From a virus, in the IMG/VR virus record IMGVR_UViG_3300036398_002819, positions 5,067 to 69,066 of that record: a stretch of DNA of 64,000 nucleotides. One strand, given 5' to 3'. The position numbers were made by a program, and so were the translations under genes. This document shows positions 18,315 through 28,596 of the stretch, in pieces (position 1 is the first letter of the stretch; the number at the start of each line of letters is the position of its first letter). The notes beneath the pieces are model-generated. The model saw nothing but the letters and a program-made list of their open reading frames with translations. It was not told the DNA's origin and ran no database searches.

Positions 18315-19724
18315 TCACATAAGGTTAGTAACCTTGACTCTTCTGTAGTAGGTGTTGGTGTTACGGCTAAGAGCACCTTGACCCTGAGTAATACCTTCAG
18401 CAAATGGGTTAGCAACAAGACCGTAACGGGTCTTAAAGCCAATCTTGGGCTGGAAGGTGTTCTCACCAACTGCACGTACCATCTGGAGAGGTACATATGG
18501 GCAGTAGAAAAGACCAGCATCATAAGGTGAAGAACCCTTATAACCTACAACGTAGAACTGGTTAGCAGAAACGTTTGCAGCATAAGGATCGATATAAACA
18601 CGATACTTACCTTGCAGAACACCAGCGAAGGTGTTGCCAGTGTCATCAACGTTCAGGTTAGCGTTCAGAGCAGGGGTATAATCCAGAACACCTGCCATGG
18701 TGAGTGCAGAAGCAACGTCAGCAGAGCAGAGAATCATATTACCCTTTCCTCTACGAGTTTGCTGTGCAATTGCGTTTGCATCGCGCTCGATTTGGAAGAT
18801 AAGACCCTTAAACTTCTCAACAGACCAACGACCGTTGGAGTCAACGTCGAGGTCGAAAGTACCAGAAGTAGCAACGTTTGCTTGAGCACCAGGCTTAGCA
18901 ACGTTATAGATGGTACGGATGATTTCGCGGTTGATTTCAGCAAGAATCTCAGTTGAGAGAATATTTGCTAACTCAGCCTCAGCATTCAGACCATGAATTG
19001 CCTTCAGGTCTTGTGCGAGTTCGAGTGAGTACTCAGCCTTCAGTGCGCGTGACTTAGCGGTTACGGTGACTTTCTCGATTGAGAATGCCATCTGGTTGAA
19101 ATGATCACCGCTGCCATCACCAAGGTTTTCTGCACTGTCGGTACGCATACCTTGACCTACGTTGTAGGTGGTTGCATCACCAGTTGCAGGTGCAGTACCG
19201 TCAAGAAGACCAGGATTAGTACCTTGCTGTGCAGTAGTACCCATACCAACAGTACCATTGGTGAATCCACTGGTAACATTGAATCCTGAATCTTGTCCAG
19301 AGAATGCCGAATCTACTTCGTTGTAGAATGTTTCGTTTCCACTCTGGTTGTTATAACGAGAGCGCATTGCAAAGATGAGTCCAGTAGGACCGTTCATTGG
19401 TTGAACGCCACACAGATCATAAGCGACCAGATTTGGCATTGAACGGCGGATAAGACTGATCAGAACAGGATCGAAACCTGCGGTAGGACCAGCACTGAAT
19501 CCTTGTGCGCTACCACCAAATCCAGCAGCACCAGCACTAGATGCGGTGAAGTTGGTTGGTGATTCATAAAGGAACTCGCGTGATTCGCGGAGTTCTTTTT
19601 CTTGGTTTTCGAGCAGGATAGCGGTTACAGCTCTACGATGTGAATCTTTGATTTCATCGAGTCCTGAGTAGTCCAGGATAGGTGCCCACTTCTCCTGCAA
19701 ATATTCTGCATTGAACATTTGCAT
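18315..19724 (-). CDS. gp23: Major capsid protein (T4 gp23)
   Basis: EKWAPILD, AILLENQE, GVQPMNGPTGLIFAMR, SRALKAEYSLELAQDLKAIHGL, FQPKIGFKTRYG. Confidence 0.99.
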   Translation of the reverse strand: MQMFNAEYLQEKWAPILDYSGLDEIKDSHRRAVTAILLENQEKELRESREFLYESPTNFTASSAGAAGFGGSAQGFSAGPTAGFDPVLISLIRRSMPNLVAYDLCGVQPMNGPTGLIFAMRSRYNNQSGNETFYNEVDSAFSGQDSGFNVTSGFTNGTVGMGTTAQQGTNPGLLDGTAPATGDATTYNVGQGMRTDSAENLGDGSGDHFNQMAFSIEKVTVTAKSRALKAEYSLELAQDLKAIHGLNAEAELANILSTEILAEINREIIRTIYNVAKPGAQANVATSGTFDLDVDSNGRWSVEKFKGLIFQIERDANAIAQQTRRGKGNMILCSADVASALTMAGVLDYTPALNANLNVDDTGNTFAGVLQGKYRVYIDPYAANVSANQFYVVGYKGSSPYDAGLFYCPYVPLQMVRAVGENTFQPKIGFKTRYGLVANPFAEGITQGQGALSRNTNTYYRRVKVTNLM

Positions 19725-19773
19725 TTGTTTTACCTCTTTTAAAAAATTTAGTTTGATTAATATAATTTAAAAA

Positions 19774-20907
19774 TCACTTTTTAGCGACTCTGCTAAGAGT
19801 CTGAAGATATGCTCCCATCATAGGAGATACAGATTCGGTTAAATCTGAACCATAAGAAACATCTTCAGATAAAGTTTCAGAGTCATCTCTTTGAGTACCA
19901 GCAGGTCTGGTTGGGAAATATGATTCCCTCAGAGTTACCAGTTTCTCACGATAGTTCTCTTCACTATCAAACTCAACATTTTCTGCAAGAGAAGCGAGTT
20001 TGTCCTTCTGAGAAAGTGCGAGACCCTCAGCGACATCTGCAAAGATTACATCAGCAACCGACTCAGCTAATCTTCTGTTGAGAGCAACGTTTCTTTCGAT
20101 TTGCTCGTTGAGTTTTGCTTCCATTTCATCAAGTTTATCTACCATACTCTCGATTACATCATATCTATCTTCAGGGATTGAAACATAATGATCTTCAAAA
20201 AGACCTTTCATTCCTTGAATGAAAGATTCAGTCATTTCGGTCTTAAGACCATGTTCAATAGCGAGTGCATTTTCATTAATCCACTCGTCACAAACATATT
20301 CAAGATATGTATCTAAACGCTCAGTAAGTTCGTGCTTAATAAATTGAACTTCTTCGATAAGAGCATTCTCATATGTTTCTTGAAGTTCTTCTTTAATTTC
20401 AGAAACTTTTGAACGAATAGCAGCTTCAAAAATAGTACGTGCTTTTTCTTGAAACTCTTCAGAAAGTTCTTCACCAGCAAGAAGAGCATTGACATCTTCT
20501 TCGATGTTAAACTCCTCTTCTGCAACTACACCTTCTTCTTCGTCCTCTTCTTCTACACCTTCTTCTTCGTCCTCTTCTTCTACAGATTCATCTTCAACAA
20601 TTACTTCTTCTTCATCTTCTTCAGAAATAATTTCAGATTCTTCATCTTCAGTCTCTTCTTTAACTGAAGCTGCTTTAGCGTTAACAACATTCTTTACCTG
20701 AGCAAGAGTTGTTGCAGGATCTTTGAGTTTTGCAGAATCGTCATCTGGACGATAGTTTTCTGGAGTAGGGCCACCTAAATCTTCCCATGCACCAGTTTGC
20801 CCAGGTGTTACGACACCAGAAGCATTTCCAGATTGCAATGGTTCTGCAGGTTTTGCGCCTTTGGTTACTACGTTTTCCATTTCTTGTAAATTTCTACCAA
20901 CGGACAT
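19774..20907 (-). CDS. gp22: Prohead core scaffold protein (T4 gp22)
   Basis: Acidic; LSEEFQEKARTIFEAA, YLEYVCDEWINENALAIEHGLKTE; lies between gp21 and gp23. Confidence 0.95.
   Translation of the reverse strand: MSVGRNLQEMENVVTKGAKPAEPLQSGNASGVVTPGQTGAWEDLGGPTPENYRPDDDSAKLKDPATTLAQVKNVVNAKAASVKEETEDEESEIISEEDEEEVIVEDESVEEEDEEEGVEEEDEEEGVVAEEEFNIEEDVNALLAGEELSEEFQEKARTIFEAAIRSKVSEIKEELQETYENALIEEVQFIKHELTERLDTYLEYVCDEWINENALAIEHGLKTEMTESFIQGMKGLFEDHYVSIPEDRYDVIESMVDKLDEMEAKLNEQIERNVALNRRLAESVADVIFADVAEGLALSQKDKLASLAENVEFDSEENYREKLVTLRESYFPTRPAGTQRDDSETLSEDVSYGSDLTESVSPMMGAYLQTLSRVAKK
20526..20584. repeat. 27-bp tandem repeat (2+ copies) in the gp22 acidic linker
   Basis: ctacaccttcttcttcgtcctcttctt x2, encoding VEEEDEEEG. 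Confidence 0.85.
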
Positions 20908-20939
20908 TTTTGTTTAGATATTTGTATATAATCTATATT

Positions 20940-20947
20940 TATTTATA
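20940..20947 (-). promoter_or_regulatory. T4-type late promoter (gp22/gp23)
   Basis: TATAAATA on the minus strand. Exact copies also occur at 9868, 14463, 22084, 26866 and 45440; NNTAAATA variants precede most late genes. Confidence 0.85.
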
Positions 20948-20949
20948 AA

Positions 20950-21600
20950 TTAAAGATTTGAAAGAAACTCTTGGAACAATTGTACTTTGTTCTCCTGCAA
21001 TATTCTTTCATCAACTAATGTATTAATTTTACGCTGAGTTGATTCTGCAAGTTTTTCACGAAGAATTCCTCCATCCCAAATCCACTCTTTTCCTTCCATA
21101 ATTCCCTGAACAAAAGCATCAGGAGCAGAAGGATCCGCTACAATATCAGCAGCGGTAGCGAGCATAAAATCTTCACCAACAATTTTATGACCTTCATTGG
21201 TCATCTTAAGTGAACCAACACCACGAGAAGAGACTCCTAAGCAGACACCTTCATCAATAAGTGATTTTGCAATCTTACCCATCGGAGTTTCAAGAAGTTG
21301 TGCCTTACCTCTAAAGTTTGATCCTTCTTGAGTGAGAGAAATAATCTTGTGAGAAACTCTGTCAAGGTTTACAGTTGGACCGTCTGGGTGTCCAAGTTCT
21401 CCAAGAGCACGACCTTTATTAATAAATGCCTCAGTATATCTCTGAACTTCACGAGAAAGGGTATCCATAGGATACATTCTACCATTGCGGTTGCAAATGT
21501 CTCCCTGAAGAAATACACCTTCAATATACATTTTCTTTTGAGATCCTTTTCCTTCGGTAATAAATTTTACCTTTGAAATTTCTTCTGTGATGAGTTTCAT
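20950..21600 (-). CDS. gp21: Prohead protease (T4 gp21)
   Basis: MKLITE, NRNGRMYP, ALGELGHP, GVSSRGVGS, DIVADPSAPDAFV. Confidence 0.97.
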   Translation of the reverse strand: MKLITEEISKVKFITEGKGSQKKMYIEGVFLQGDICNRNGRMYPMDTLSREVQRYTEAFINKGRALGELGHPDGPTVNLDRVSHKIISLTQEGSNFRGKAQLLETPMGKIAKSLIDEGVCLGVSSRGVGSLKMTNEGHKIVGEDFMLATAADIVADPSAPDAFVQGIMEGKEWIWDGGILREKLAESTQRKINTLVDERILQENKVQLFQEFLSNL

Positions 21601-21604
21601 TTGT

Positions 21605-21871
21605 TTAATTTGTAAATCCTACTTTTGTACCTTTAACTTTATTGCTATCAGCATATACACAATGATTTGCTGTTTTAACAATTTGTTCAACAGTTCCTCC
21701 TGGCATTGTTATTGATCCAATACCAGTTCCATTTTGAGATTCTACAACTGTTATAATATGTGAAGCAGTATCTGTGTTCACAAGACGAACAACTGTTGCA
21801 GCACTAAAACTCGTGGCTGTTCCAGTAGTAATTGGCAAATTTAATTCATCTGCTAAAATTTTGGTTGTCAT
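21605..21871 (-). CDS. Small conserved head-region protein
   Basis: 88-aa ORF between the gp67-like gene and gp21. Confidence 0.7.
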   Translation of the reverse strand: MTTKILADELNLPITTGTATSFSAATVVRLVNTDTASHIITVVESQNGTGIGSITMPGGTVEQIVKTANHCVYADSNKVKGTKVGFTN

Positions 21872-22059
21872 TCTCCTTCTTCCTGATCTTGTGTATGATC
21901 TTGATCTTCAGAATCTTCAATACCAAAAAGTGCATTTGCAACATATGGTCGAATCTGATCAATTTTTTCTGCAGATTTTGCAAAAAGTGCTGATCTAATG
22001 CTGTCAGAAATTTCTGATGGTGAAGAATCCATCGCAATCAAATCTATAATGTTATCCAT
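21868..22059 (-). CDS. Prohead core protein (gp67-like)
   Basis: Small acidic protein directly after gp20 (ISDSIRSALFAKSAEKIDQIRPYVA); TATAAATA upstream. Confidence 0.7.
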   Translation of the reverse strand: MDNIIDLIAMDSSPSEISDSIRSALFAKSAEKIDQIRPYVANALFGIEDSEDQDHTQDQEEGE

Positions 22060-22086
22060 AAATTTAATTTATTACTATAAGATTAT

Positions 22087-23739
22087 TTATATTTTACCAC
22101 CTTTCGGTTTTACAACTTCTGGTTGAGTTGGAACTTCTTCTTGAGGTACTTCTTCTGGTGAAACTGCATCTTGTGGAATTTCTTCTTCAGGAATTGGATT
22201 TCCCATTTCATCTACAGGAATATTTGGATTTGGAAGAATTCCCTTTTCAATTTCGTCTTGAATTTGTCCATCAATTTCTACAATTTCTGAATCAGTTTGT
22301 CTAAGAATTTTTTTGCGAACATACTCTGTAGAATAATATTTTCCAACGTAGGGTTCTACAGTGGTTGCTAGAGTAAGTCTATTAGTCAACAATTCTGCTT
22401 CTTTCAATTCTGCAAAATGATTGTCATATAAGAAATCATATTGAATATGATCACTCATTTTATCCCAATCTTCTGGAGTAACAATATTTTTTAAAACAAG
22501 TTGTGTGCGTAGAATATCGTTAAAGAGATTTGCAAAACGTTTTCTTAAACGACCTACGAATTTTGAAAACTTTAATTCATCACGAAGAATTTCTGAAGAT
22601 CTTCCTAAATTAAATCCATCTCCACCCCCAGCAATTCTAGATTCTGGAACACCTAATGCTCTGTAAAGTTTTTTCTGAAAATATTCAATATCAGCAAGTT
22701 CACCAAGATTTTGTCCTCCGGGAAGAGTAGTAATTTCAGTTCCTCTACCACCTTCTCTTCTGGGAAGCCAAAAATCTTCAAGCATACTCATAAACTTACG
22801 GTCATCACGAACCTCTCCAGTGTTCGCATCGTAAACTAACTTATTACGATAACGACTCATAACTTCTTTTAAATATTGCTCTGCTTTTACCTTCGGAAGA
22901 TTTCCCACATCAATATAAAAAATTCTTCTTTCTGGTGCTCTTGATAGTCTATAAATTACGAGACTATCCTCAATCATTCTAAGTTGATTGAGTGCTTTAA
23001 TCGCTTTATGAAGATATGAAAGAACGGTTCCTTTATTTCTATCTACAAGACCTGAATTACAATATGAAATAGAATCTTTAGCAATTTTTACTCCCTTTTT
23101 AGACCCACCACTAATTGTACCAGCTGGAAAGTTTGGAGTAGGAGTGTATATAAAATACTCTTCAATTTCTGGAAATTTATTTTCTTCTAATCCTTTGTTT
23201 ATAGTAACATATCCGTTATTATTTTCTCTTTTTTCTTGTCGAATATGCTTTAATTTCATTGGATCAATATATCTCAATTCCTGAATGCCATCTTCAGGTT
23301 TTTTAAGATCTATAACTTTTAAATAATAAAGTCTTCCATCAATATACCAATTTCTAAAAATTTCATGGCATTTTCTATCAAAATCCATGATCTCTTTAAT
23401 ATACTTAAATTCTTCTCTAATAATTTCTTTTAATCTATCACTAGCATCTAAATTAGTTAATTCAATTTCTACAGGAGAATCATAAAGATCACTTACAATA
23501 GCTTCATTTACAACATCTTCAATGGCACCATCACATTCTGGGTGTAGTGCCATTTCACGATATCTACGAATTAAATCATATTCAGTCCTGTATACACCTT
23601 CAATGTCTACATATTGACCATAAAATCCTGATTGAATAAAATGATCAACCCCGTCCTCATTATTAGGAGGAACGGGGGAAACTATAGACTTAGATTTTTT
23701 ATTATCATTTTCAATCGAAAAACCAAAAAGTTTCGCCAT
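22087..23739 (-). CDS. gp20: Portal protein (T4 gp20)
   Basis: YRLSRAPERRIFYIDVGNLPK, EDFWLPRREGGRGTEITTLPGGQNLG. Confidence 0.99.
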   Translation of the reverse strand: MAKLFGFSIENDNKKSKSIVSPVPPNNEDGVDHFIQSGFYGQYVDIEGVYRTEYDLIRRYREMALHPECDGAIEDVVNEAIVSDLYDSPVEIELTNLDASDRLKEIIREEFKYIKEIMDFDRKCHEIFRNWYIDGRLYYLKVIDLKKPEDGIQELRYIDPMKLKHIRQEKRENNNGYVTINKGLEENKFPEIEEYFIYTPTPNFPAGTISGGSKKGVKIAKDSISYCNSGLVDRNKGTVLSYLHKAIKALNQLRMIEDSLVIYRLSRAPERRIFYIDVGNLPKVKAEQYLKEVMSRYRNKLVYDANTGEVRDDRKFMSMLEDFWLPRREGGRGTEITTLPGGQNLGELADIEYFQKKLYRALGVPESRIAGGGDGFNLGRSSEILRDELKFSKFVGRLRKRFANLFNDILRTQLVLKNIVTPEDWDKMSDHIQYDFLYDNHFAELKEAELLTNRLTLATTVEPYVGKYYSTEYVRKKILRQTDSEIVEIDGQIQDEIEKGILPNPNIPVDEMGNPIPEEEIPQDAVSPEEVPQEEVPTQPEVVKPKGGKI

Positions 23740-23770
23740 TTTATAAACTTAAACTGCTTGTATAATTTAT

Positions 23771-24361
23771 TTAGTTAATGTTAATACCACCAGCATCAGG
23801 AGAATCTCCTTTAATTGCTTCCCACCAGAGAACTTGAAGTTCTACTTGAAATTCTTCAATACCAGATTGATCATAAGAAACTTGAATAGCATTTGTTGAT
23901 GTTGGGAACAAATCATACATGTGATAAGCTCTCAAAGATTTTCCGTTTCTATCTAACTGATAAACATAAGCATCTGATGTATACGTTGATGGATTGGTAG
24001 TTCCACTTCCATCTGAAACACGATTCATTTTATTGATCCAATTTTCAAATGCAGATCTAATAGAAAAGTCTGCATCATTTATAATTGTTATTGTCCAACT
24101 TTCAAAAGACCTATCACCAGCAACTTTTAAAGTACGACCTCTAAATGGAACATCTAAAAAAGCAATTTGAGATGCTGGAAGAGCTGCTGCCTTAACTAAA
24201 AATCTAGATTTTTCTAAAACCCCATTGGCGGCTTTTGCAATATCTGGAAAAGTAAGTACCACTTCGAAAAGGTTACTTCTTGCTCCACCTCCAGTTAACT
24301 GACTTTTGAAGTCAGTAATTTTTCTAAGAGGAGGTGGATTAAATTGATTTCTTGTTGCCAT
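23771..24361 (-). CDS. gp19: Tail tube protein (T4 gp19)
   Basis: GGARSNLFEV, VPFRGRTLKVAGDRSFESWTITIIND. Confidence 0.96.
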   Translation of the reverse strand: MATRNQFNPPPLRKITDFKSQLTGGGARSNLFEVVLTFPDIAKAANGVLEKSRFLVKAAALPASQIAFLDVPFRGRTLKVAGDRSFESWTITIINDADFSIRSAFENWINKMNRVSDGSGTTNPSTYTSDAYVYQLDRNGKSLRAYHMYDLFPTSTNAIQVSYDQSGIEEFQVELQVLWWEAIKGDSPDAGGININ

Positions 24362-24379
24362 TTTTGTTTAACCTCTAGA

Positions 24380-26830
24380 TTAGAAATTTCCGATTACTTC
24401 TTCAAAAGCAACACCTGTTCTGGTGGCAATGAAGGTCAGACCAATGAAGTTGATACTTCTTGCTGGTTTAATATAGATGTCTGCAACGAACTCGTTTGCA
24501 TCAATAATTGCTGGTGTGTTATTTGTTTCATCACAAATAACAACATAATCATAAATACCCCTCTTAGATTGAACATCTCTTAAGAATGGTTCAACAATAT
24601 TGACAAAATTAGTTCTAGTTATTTCATCATTAAATTCAAATAATTGATCCTTAGCGGCAGCAGCAATAGCATTTTCTAAGTAAATAAAGAGTCTACGAAC
24701 ATTGATTCTATCAAAGGCAGACGATTTACCGTATCCAGTCTTATCACCAAAAAGAATAATACCTGCACCTGGAGAAACAATAACTGGATTGATTCTATTT
24801 GTGTAAAGTTTATCTCTTTGTTTTCTACCTGGATTATATGCTAGTTTGACAGAGTTTAAGATTGTACCTCGGCTAGTACCACCAGGAGAATACCATGGGA
24901 AATTATTTACATCATTTCTTGCACAACAACCAGCAATATCACCATTTAATGGAACATACCTAAAAGTATTATTAAATCTATCATACATGTATTTGTATCC
25001 ACTATCAAAAACTGCGTATGAAGATGATGGTACAGGAGCATAAAAACTCACAACGTTATCTGTAATAGTATCAACGTCTCTGATGGTTGTTGCAGTTTGT
25101 GTAGAAGTATCCGTAATCGCAGATCCTCTATAGGGGGAAATGAATGCTACAGTATCCTTTCTTGCTTCTGCAACTGCTATCATCTTACTCGCCCATGCTT
25201 GGCAATCAGTTTTATCATACCCTGCAGATCCCATTAATAAGAAATCAATATCAATTTCATCTTCATTTAAAAATTCATCACATGCAGTAATTATGTCTCC
25301 CAATTCTACCTCTAGAGATCCTTCAGAAAGAATATCTGTACCACCGTCATAATTTCTACCACCAGTTAAAGGCATATCTAATGCTCCACAACAACCAAAA
25401 ATAATGTCTTGAGTATTTTGATCCCAATCATTATCTGTTGATAATTCATAATTTTCAGATTCACTAAATCCAGTAGTTACAATTCCTACAGGAGTTGAAC
25501 CTGCAAAAATGTATTGAGATGCTGTTGTTAAATATTTTCTCCAGTATGATGGACTACCGGAAGAATATAGTGCATCACTAGCTTTAGAAAGCGATAAATG
25601 CTTTTCTAAAATTGTACCGGAATTACCCGTTATTTTTCCTTCAGCATCAATAACTATAATATGAACCTCATCAAATCTAGAATTTCTTTCTGCAGCAAAT
25701 TCTGAAGTTCCTGGTCTTGGTGCTAAAGCATTCCAATTTACTCTTGTTGGAGCATTATTTTTTGTTGTTTGAATTCCGATAATACAAGTTTGTTGATCAA
25801 ACCAATCTAGTTCATTTGCATAAGATACACTTCCATAAGAAGATGTTGATCCAGTTGTGTGTATTGCTACAATTCCATTATCTGCAAAATTATATACACC
25901 TCTAAGCTGGTAATCAACAGGTCTTTCAGTTCCAGCAGCTGATACATGAGTAAGAAGTTTAACATCAACAGTGCTTGCACCTATTCCGGTAATTATTCCT
26001 TTTAAATAACCATCTAGGCGTTCTGTTGTACCTACTCCTGGAGAAAGGGTATTAATTGCTTGAGTTACTGCATAACCAACTTGAACAGGAGTGGAAACTA
26101 TTGTTGTAGAATAAGAACCAAATGAAAGTTGAACATTATCCAGTGCAACTGCATTTAATGTTGATTTATTGAGGTATACTGTTCCTACTCCTATTGATGT
26201 AACAGTAGTTCCGGATCCAATTACTCCTGAAAGTATTTTAAGAGTTTGTCCAGATGCAATTCCTGTAGTTGTAATACCAGTTATTGTTGTTGTAGTGATT
26301 CCAAGATCACCATCTGATGCAGTTGCAACTCCAACAAACGCTGTTACTGATACTCCAGTTGTGTTAAAACCAGTTAAAATTTGATCAGCACGAGCATCAA
26401 TCATGGCAACAGAAACACCATTTGCCCAAGATCCTGGATTTTGTGCCATTACAGTAACGTCTGTAAGTGGTGCATCCAAATATCCAAGTTCAGTATAATG
26501 CTCCAGACTTTTAACTTTAAGATCTGTCGCTTCACCATAAAATGCTGTTTTTAAATTCTCATCATCAGTTCTAACAATTTGCATTGTTCCACCATACGCC
26601 AAATATGATGATGCAACCATCCAATGCTCGTAATGTTTATTTACTGAATAAGGCTTTCCAAAAGTATTTAAAAGATCATTTTCATTTTCAATAAACTTTG
26701 GTTCAAGTACAGGGCCTCTGGCGAATGGTGCAACAAGTGCTCCGATAGAAGCTGATACTGGATCTATTCTTCCAATAGTTAAATCAACTTCTCTTATTAA
26801 AATTCCAGGAGATGCTAAATTTAGTGGCAT
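24380..26830 (-). CDS. gp18: Tail sheath protein (T4 gp18)
   Basis: SPGILIREVD, PWYSPGG, LFGDKT, SAFDRINVRRLF, YIKPARSINFI. Confidence 0.97.
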   Translation of the reverse strand: MPLNLASPGILIREVDLTIGRIDPVSASIGALVAPFARGPVLEPKFIENENDLLNTFGKPYSVNKHYEHWMVASSYLAYGGTMQIVRTDDENLKTAFYGEATDLKVKSLEHYTELGYLDAPLTDVTVMAQNPGSWANGVSVAMIDARADQILTGFNTTGVSVTAFVGVATASDGDLGITTTTITGITTTGIASGQTLKILSGVIGSGTTVTSIGVGTVYLNKSTLNAVALDNVQLSFGSYSTTIVSTPVQVGYAVTQAINTLSPGVGTTERLDGYLKGIITGIGASTVDVKLLTHVSAAGTERPVDYQLRGVYNFADNGIVAIHTTGSTSSYGSVSYANELDWFDQQTCIIGIQTTKNNAPTRVNWNALAPRPGTSEFAAERNSRFDEVHIIVIDAEGKITGNSGTILEKHLSLSKASDALYSSGSPSYWRKYLTTASQYIFAGSTPVGIVTTGFSESENYELSTDNDWDQNTQDIIFGCCGALDMPLTGGRNYDGGTDILSEGSLEVELGDIITACDEFLNEDEIDIDFLLMGSAGYDKTDCQAWASKMIAVAEARKDTVAFISPYRGSAITDTSTQTATTIRDVDTITDNVVSFYAPVPSSSYAVFDSGYKYMYDRFNNTFRYVPLNGDIAGCCARNDVNNFPWYSPGGTSRGTILNSVKLAYNPGRKQRDKLYTNRINPVIVSPGAGIILFGDKTGYGKSSAFDRINVRRLFIYLENAIAAAAKDQLFEFNDEITRTNFVNIVEPFLRDVQSKRGIYDYVVICDETNNTPAIIDANEFVADIYIKPARSINFIGLTFIATRTGVAFEEVIGNF

Positions 26831-26892
26831 CTTTATTCTCCGTGCTATCCAGAATTATCTAAAAATATTTATAAGTTCCTTCCTTTTAAAAA

Positions 26893-28590
26893 CTACCTAT
26901 ATTCCCACATATAAGACCTGTCCCCATATTCATCAATATTCCATACTTCCATGGCATGATTATTTTTATCTGATCCAGCCCAAATCCACCTATCACCATT
27001 ATTCTTATCGACAATCGTTTCAAATTCATCTAATCCATCTGATATAAATCCAAATGGGGACATATCCTGTTCGATTTGGTTTTTTTGTTCTTCATAAATT
27101 CTTTTGCGAACATCATTATCAGTCATTTCCTTAAAATAAGGTTGTGCGACTAACCAAGAAAAAATAACAAGACACATTGCCAAATCATCATTGCAACCTT
27201 CTTCTGCCTCAAAAGAATTATGTCTCTGTGCAAATGTTGTTAATTCTGATATGATATCATAATCAATTGTTATTAATTTATCATCTTCCATTAATGTTTT
27301 TAGATTAGAACATCCCAGTTTTTTAACTGCAGATGTCATTCTTATTCCAAGTTGAGATTTTCTACCACTAAATCCAGTTCCAACAATTTGTCCAGCACGT
27401 CCTCTCATAGCACACATGAGAACGTTATCATATTCTAAGTCAAAATGTAAGATGTTAGCAACTTGATCACCAATATCATTAACTTCAACTAATAACCAAG
27501 CATCATTATAACCTCTTGCCACTTCATTAATTATACTTGGAAATAACATTGGTTTTATTTCATTATTTCTATATTTTCCAACCACTTTATATGGAAAATT
27601 TGTAATATCAAAAACGACAAACGCTGAATAATCATTACCCATACCGCGAGCAACATCAACGGTCATCAAATAATTATGATCTTTTTTTGGATGTTCATAA
27701 ATATCCATTCCTGCATTTCTTTTTATAGGATCCTCATAAACTAAGTTCCTAAGTTTTGATGGATTAATAAGAGTATTAACCGATCCTAAGAATTCACATT
27801 CAAACTCAACTTTAAATTGTTGTTCTGAAGTGTTAGCAATCGTCTGCTCCTTCCAGGCAGCGTCTCTACCAGGTACTTCCGACCAATGAACATCTGTAGG
27901 TACATATTCATTCTTGCCCCTTTCAGCGTCATGCCACATACGGTAGAAGTGGTTCATACCTCGTGGAGTAGAAACGATAATTACTTTCGTGCTCTGTCCA
28001 GAAGAAATAGTAGGATAAACAGAGGCAAAGAAGTCATCAGCAATGTGATTCGGGATGAAAGCGAACTCGTCAAGAAAGATGACATTATAGGATCCGCCTC
28101 GGACAGCAGATGAAGAAGTAGAGTTAGATGAAATTTTGGATCCATTTTCAAGTTCTAGACTACCTTTATTCCATGATATAATACCCTGTTGCATCCACTT
28201 TGGTAGATTCTCGTAAGCAAGTTGTAATCTTCCAAGCAAGTCTCTAGCAGTAGATGCTTTGTTTGCTAAAATAGCTATATTAACATTGTCGTTAAAGACG
28301 GCATAATGTAACAAATATGAAACACAAGTAGTAGATTTACCAGTCTGGCGGGGCATCTTGCAGATATTAAATCTGTTCTTATGAAAATTGTCAATTAATT
28401 TCTCTTGAAATGGATACATCTCAAAGGGCACTAAACCATGATCAAGAGAAACAATCTTGATATAGTTTCTAGCAAAATAAACAGGATCCTCTTTGCACTT
28501 TAAGAACTCAATAACTTGATCTTCAGTGAATTGAATTTGGGTATTCGCTTTTTTTAGATTGGGGTTACCAAGATATACATTATCACTCAT
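26893..28590 (-). CDS. gp17: Terminase large subunit (T4 gp17)
   Basis: YLGNPNLK, PRQTGKSTT, FLDEFAF, VSTPRG, TVDVARG, NDDLAMC. Confidence 0.98.
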   Translation of the reverse strand: MSDNVYLGNPNLKKANTQIQFTEDQVIEFLKCKEDPVYFARNYIKIVSLDHGLVPFEMYPFQEKLIDNFHKNRFNICKMPRQTGKSTTCVSYLLHYAVFNDNVNIAILANKASTARDLLGRLQLAYENLPKWMQQGIISWNKGSLELENGSKISSNSTSSSAVRGGSYNVIFLDEFAFIPNHIADDFFASVYPTISSGQSTKVIIVSTPRGMNHFYRMWHDAERGKNEYVPTDVHWSEVPGRDAAWKEQTIANTSEQQFKVEFECEFLGSVNTLINPSKLRNLVYEDPIKRNAGMDIYEHPKKDHNYLMTVDVARGMGNDYSAFVVFDITNFPYKVVGKYRNNEIKPMLFPSIINEVARGYNDAWLLVEVNDIGDQVANILHFDLEYDNVLMCAMRGRAGQIVGTGFSGRKSQLGIRMTSAVKKLGCSNLKTLMEDDKLITIDYDIISELTTFAQRHNSFEAEEGCNDDLAMCLVIFSWLVAQPYFKEMTDNDVRKRIYEEQKNQIEQDMSPFGFISDGLDEFETIVDKNNGDRWIWAGSDKNNHAMEVWNIDEYGDRSYMWEYR

Positions 28591-28596
28591 AATAAA

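Noticed and set aside
18612-19289. Plus-strand ORFs within gp23
   Set aside because: Antisense shadows of the major capsid gene.
20449-20701. Poly-Phe and poly-Ser ORFs
   Set aside because: Reverse-complement readings of the Glu-rich gp22 linker.
10795-28590. Inteins or group I introns in gp46, uvsW, gp20, gp23 or gp17
   Set aside because: All are uninterrupted and of normal length, with no intein terminal motifs.
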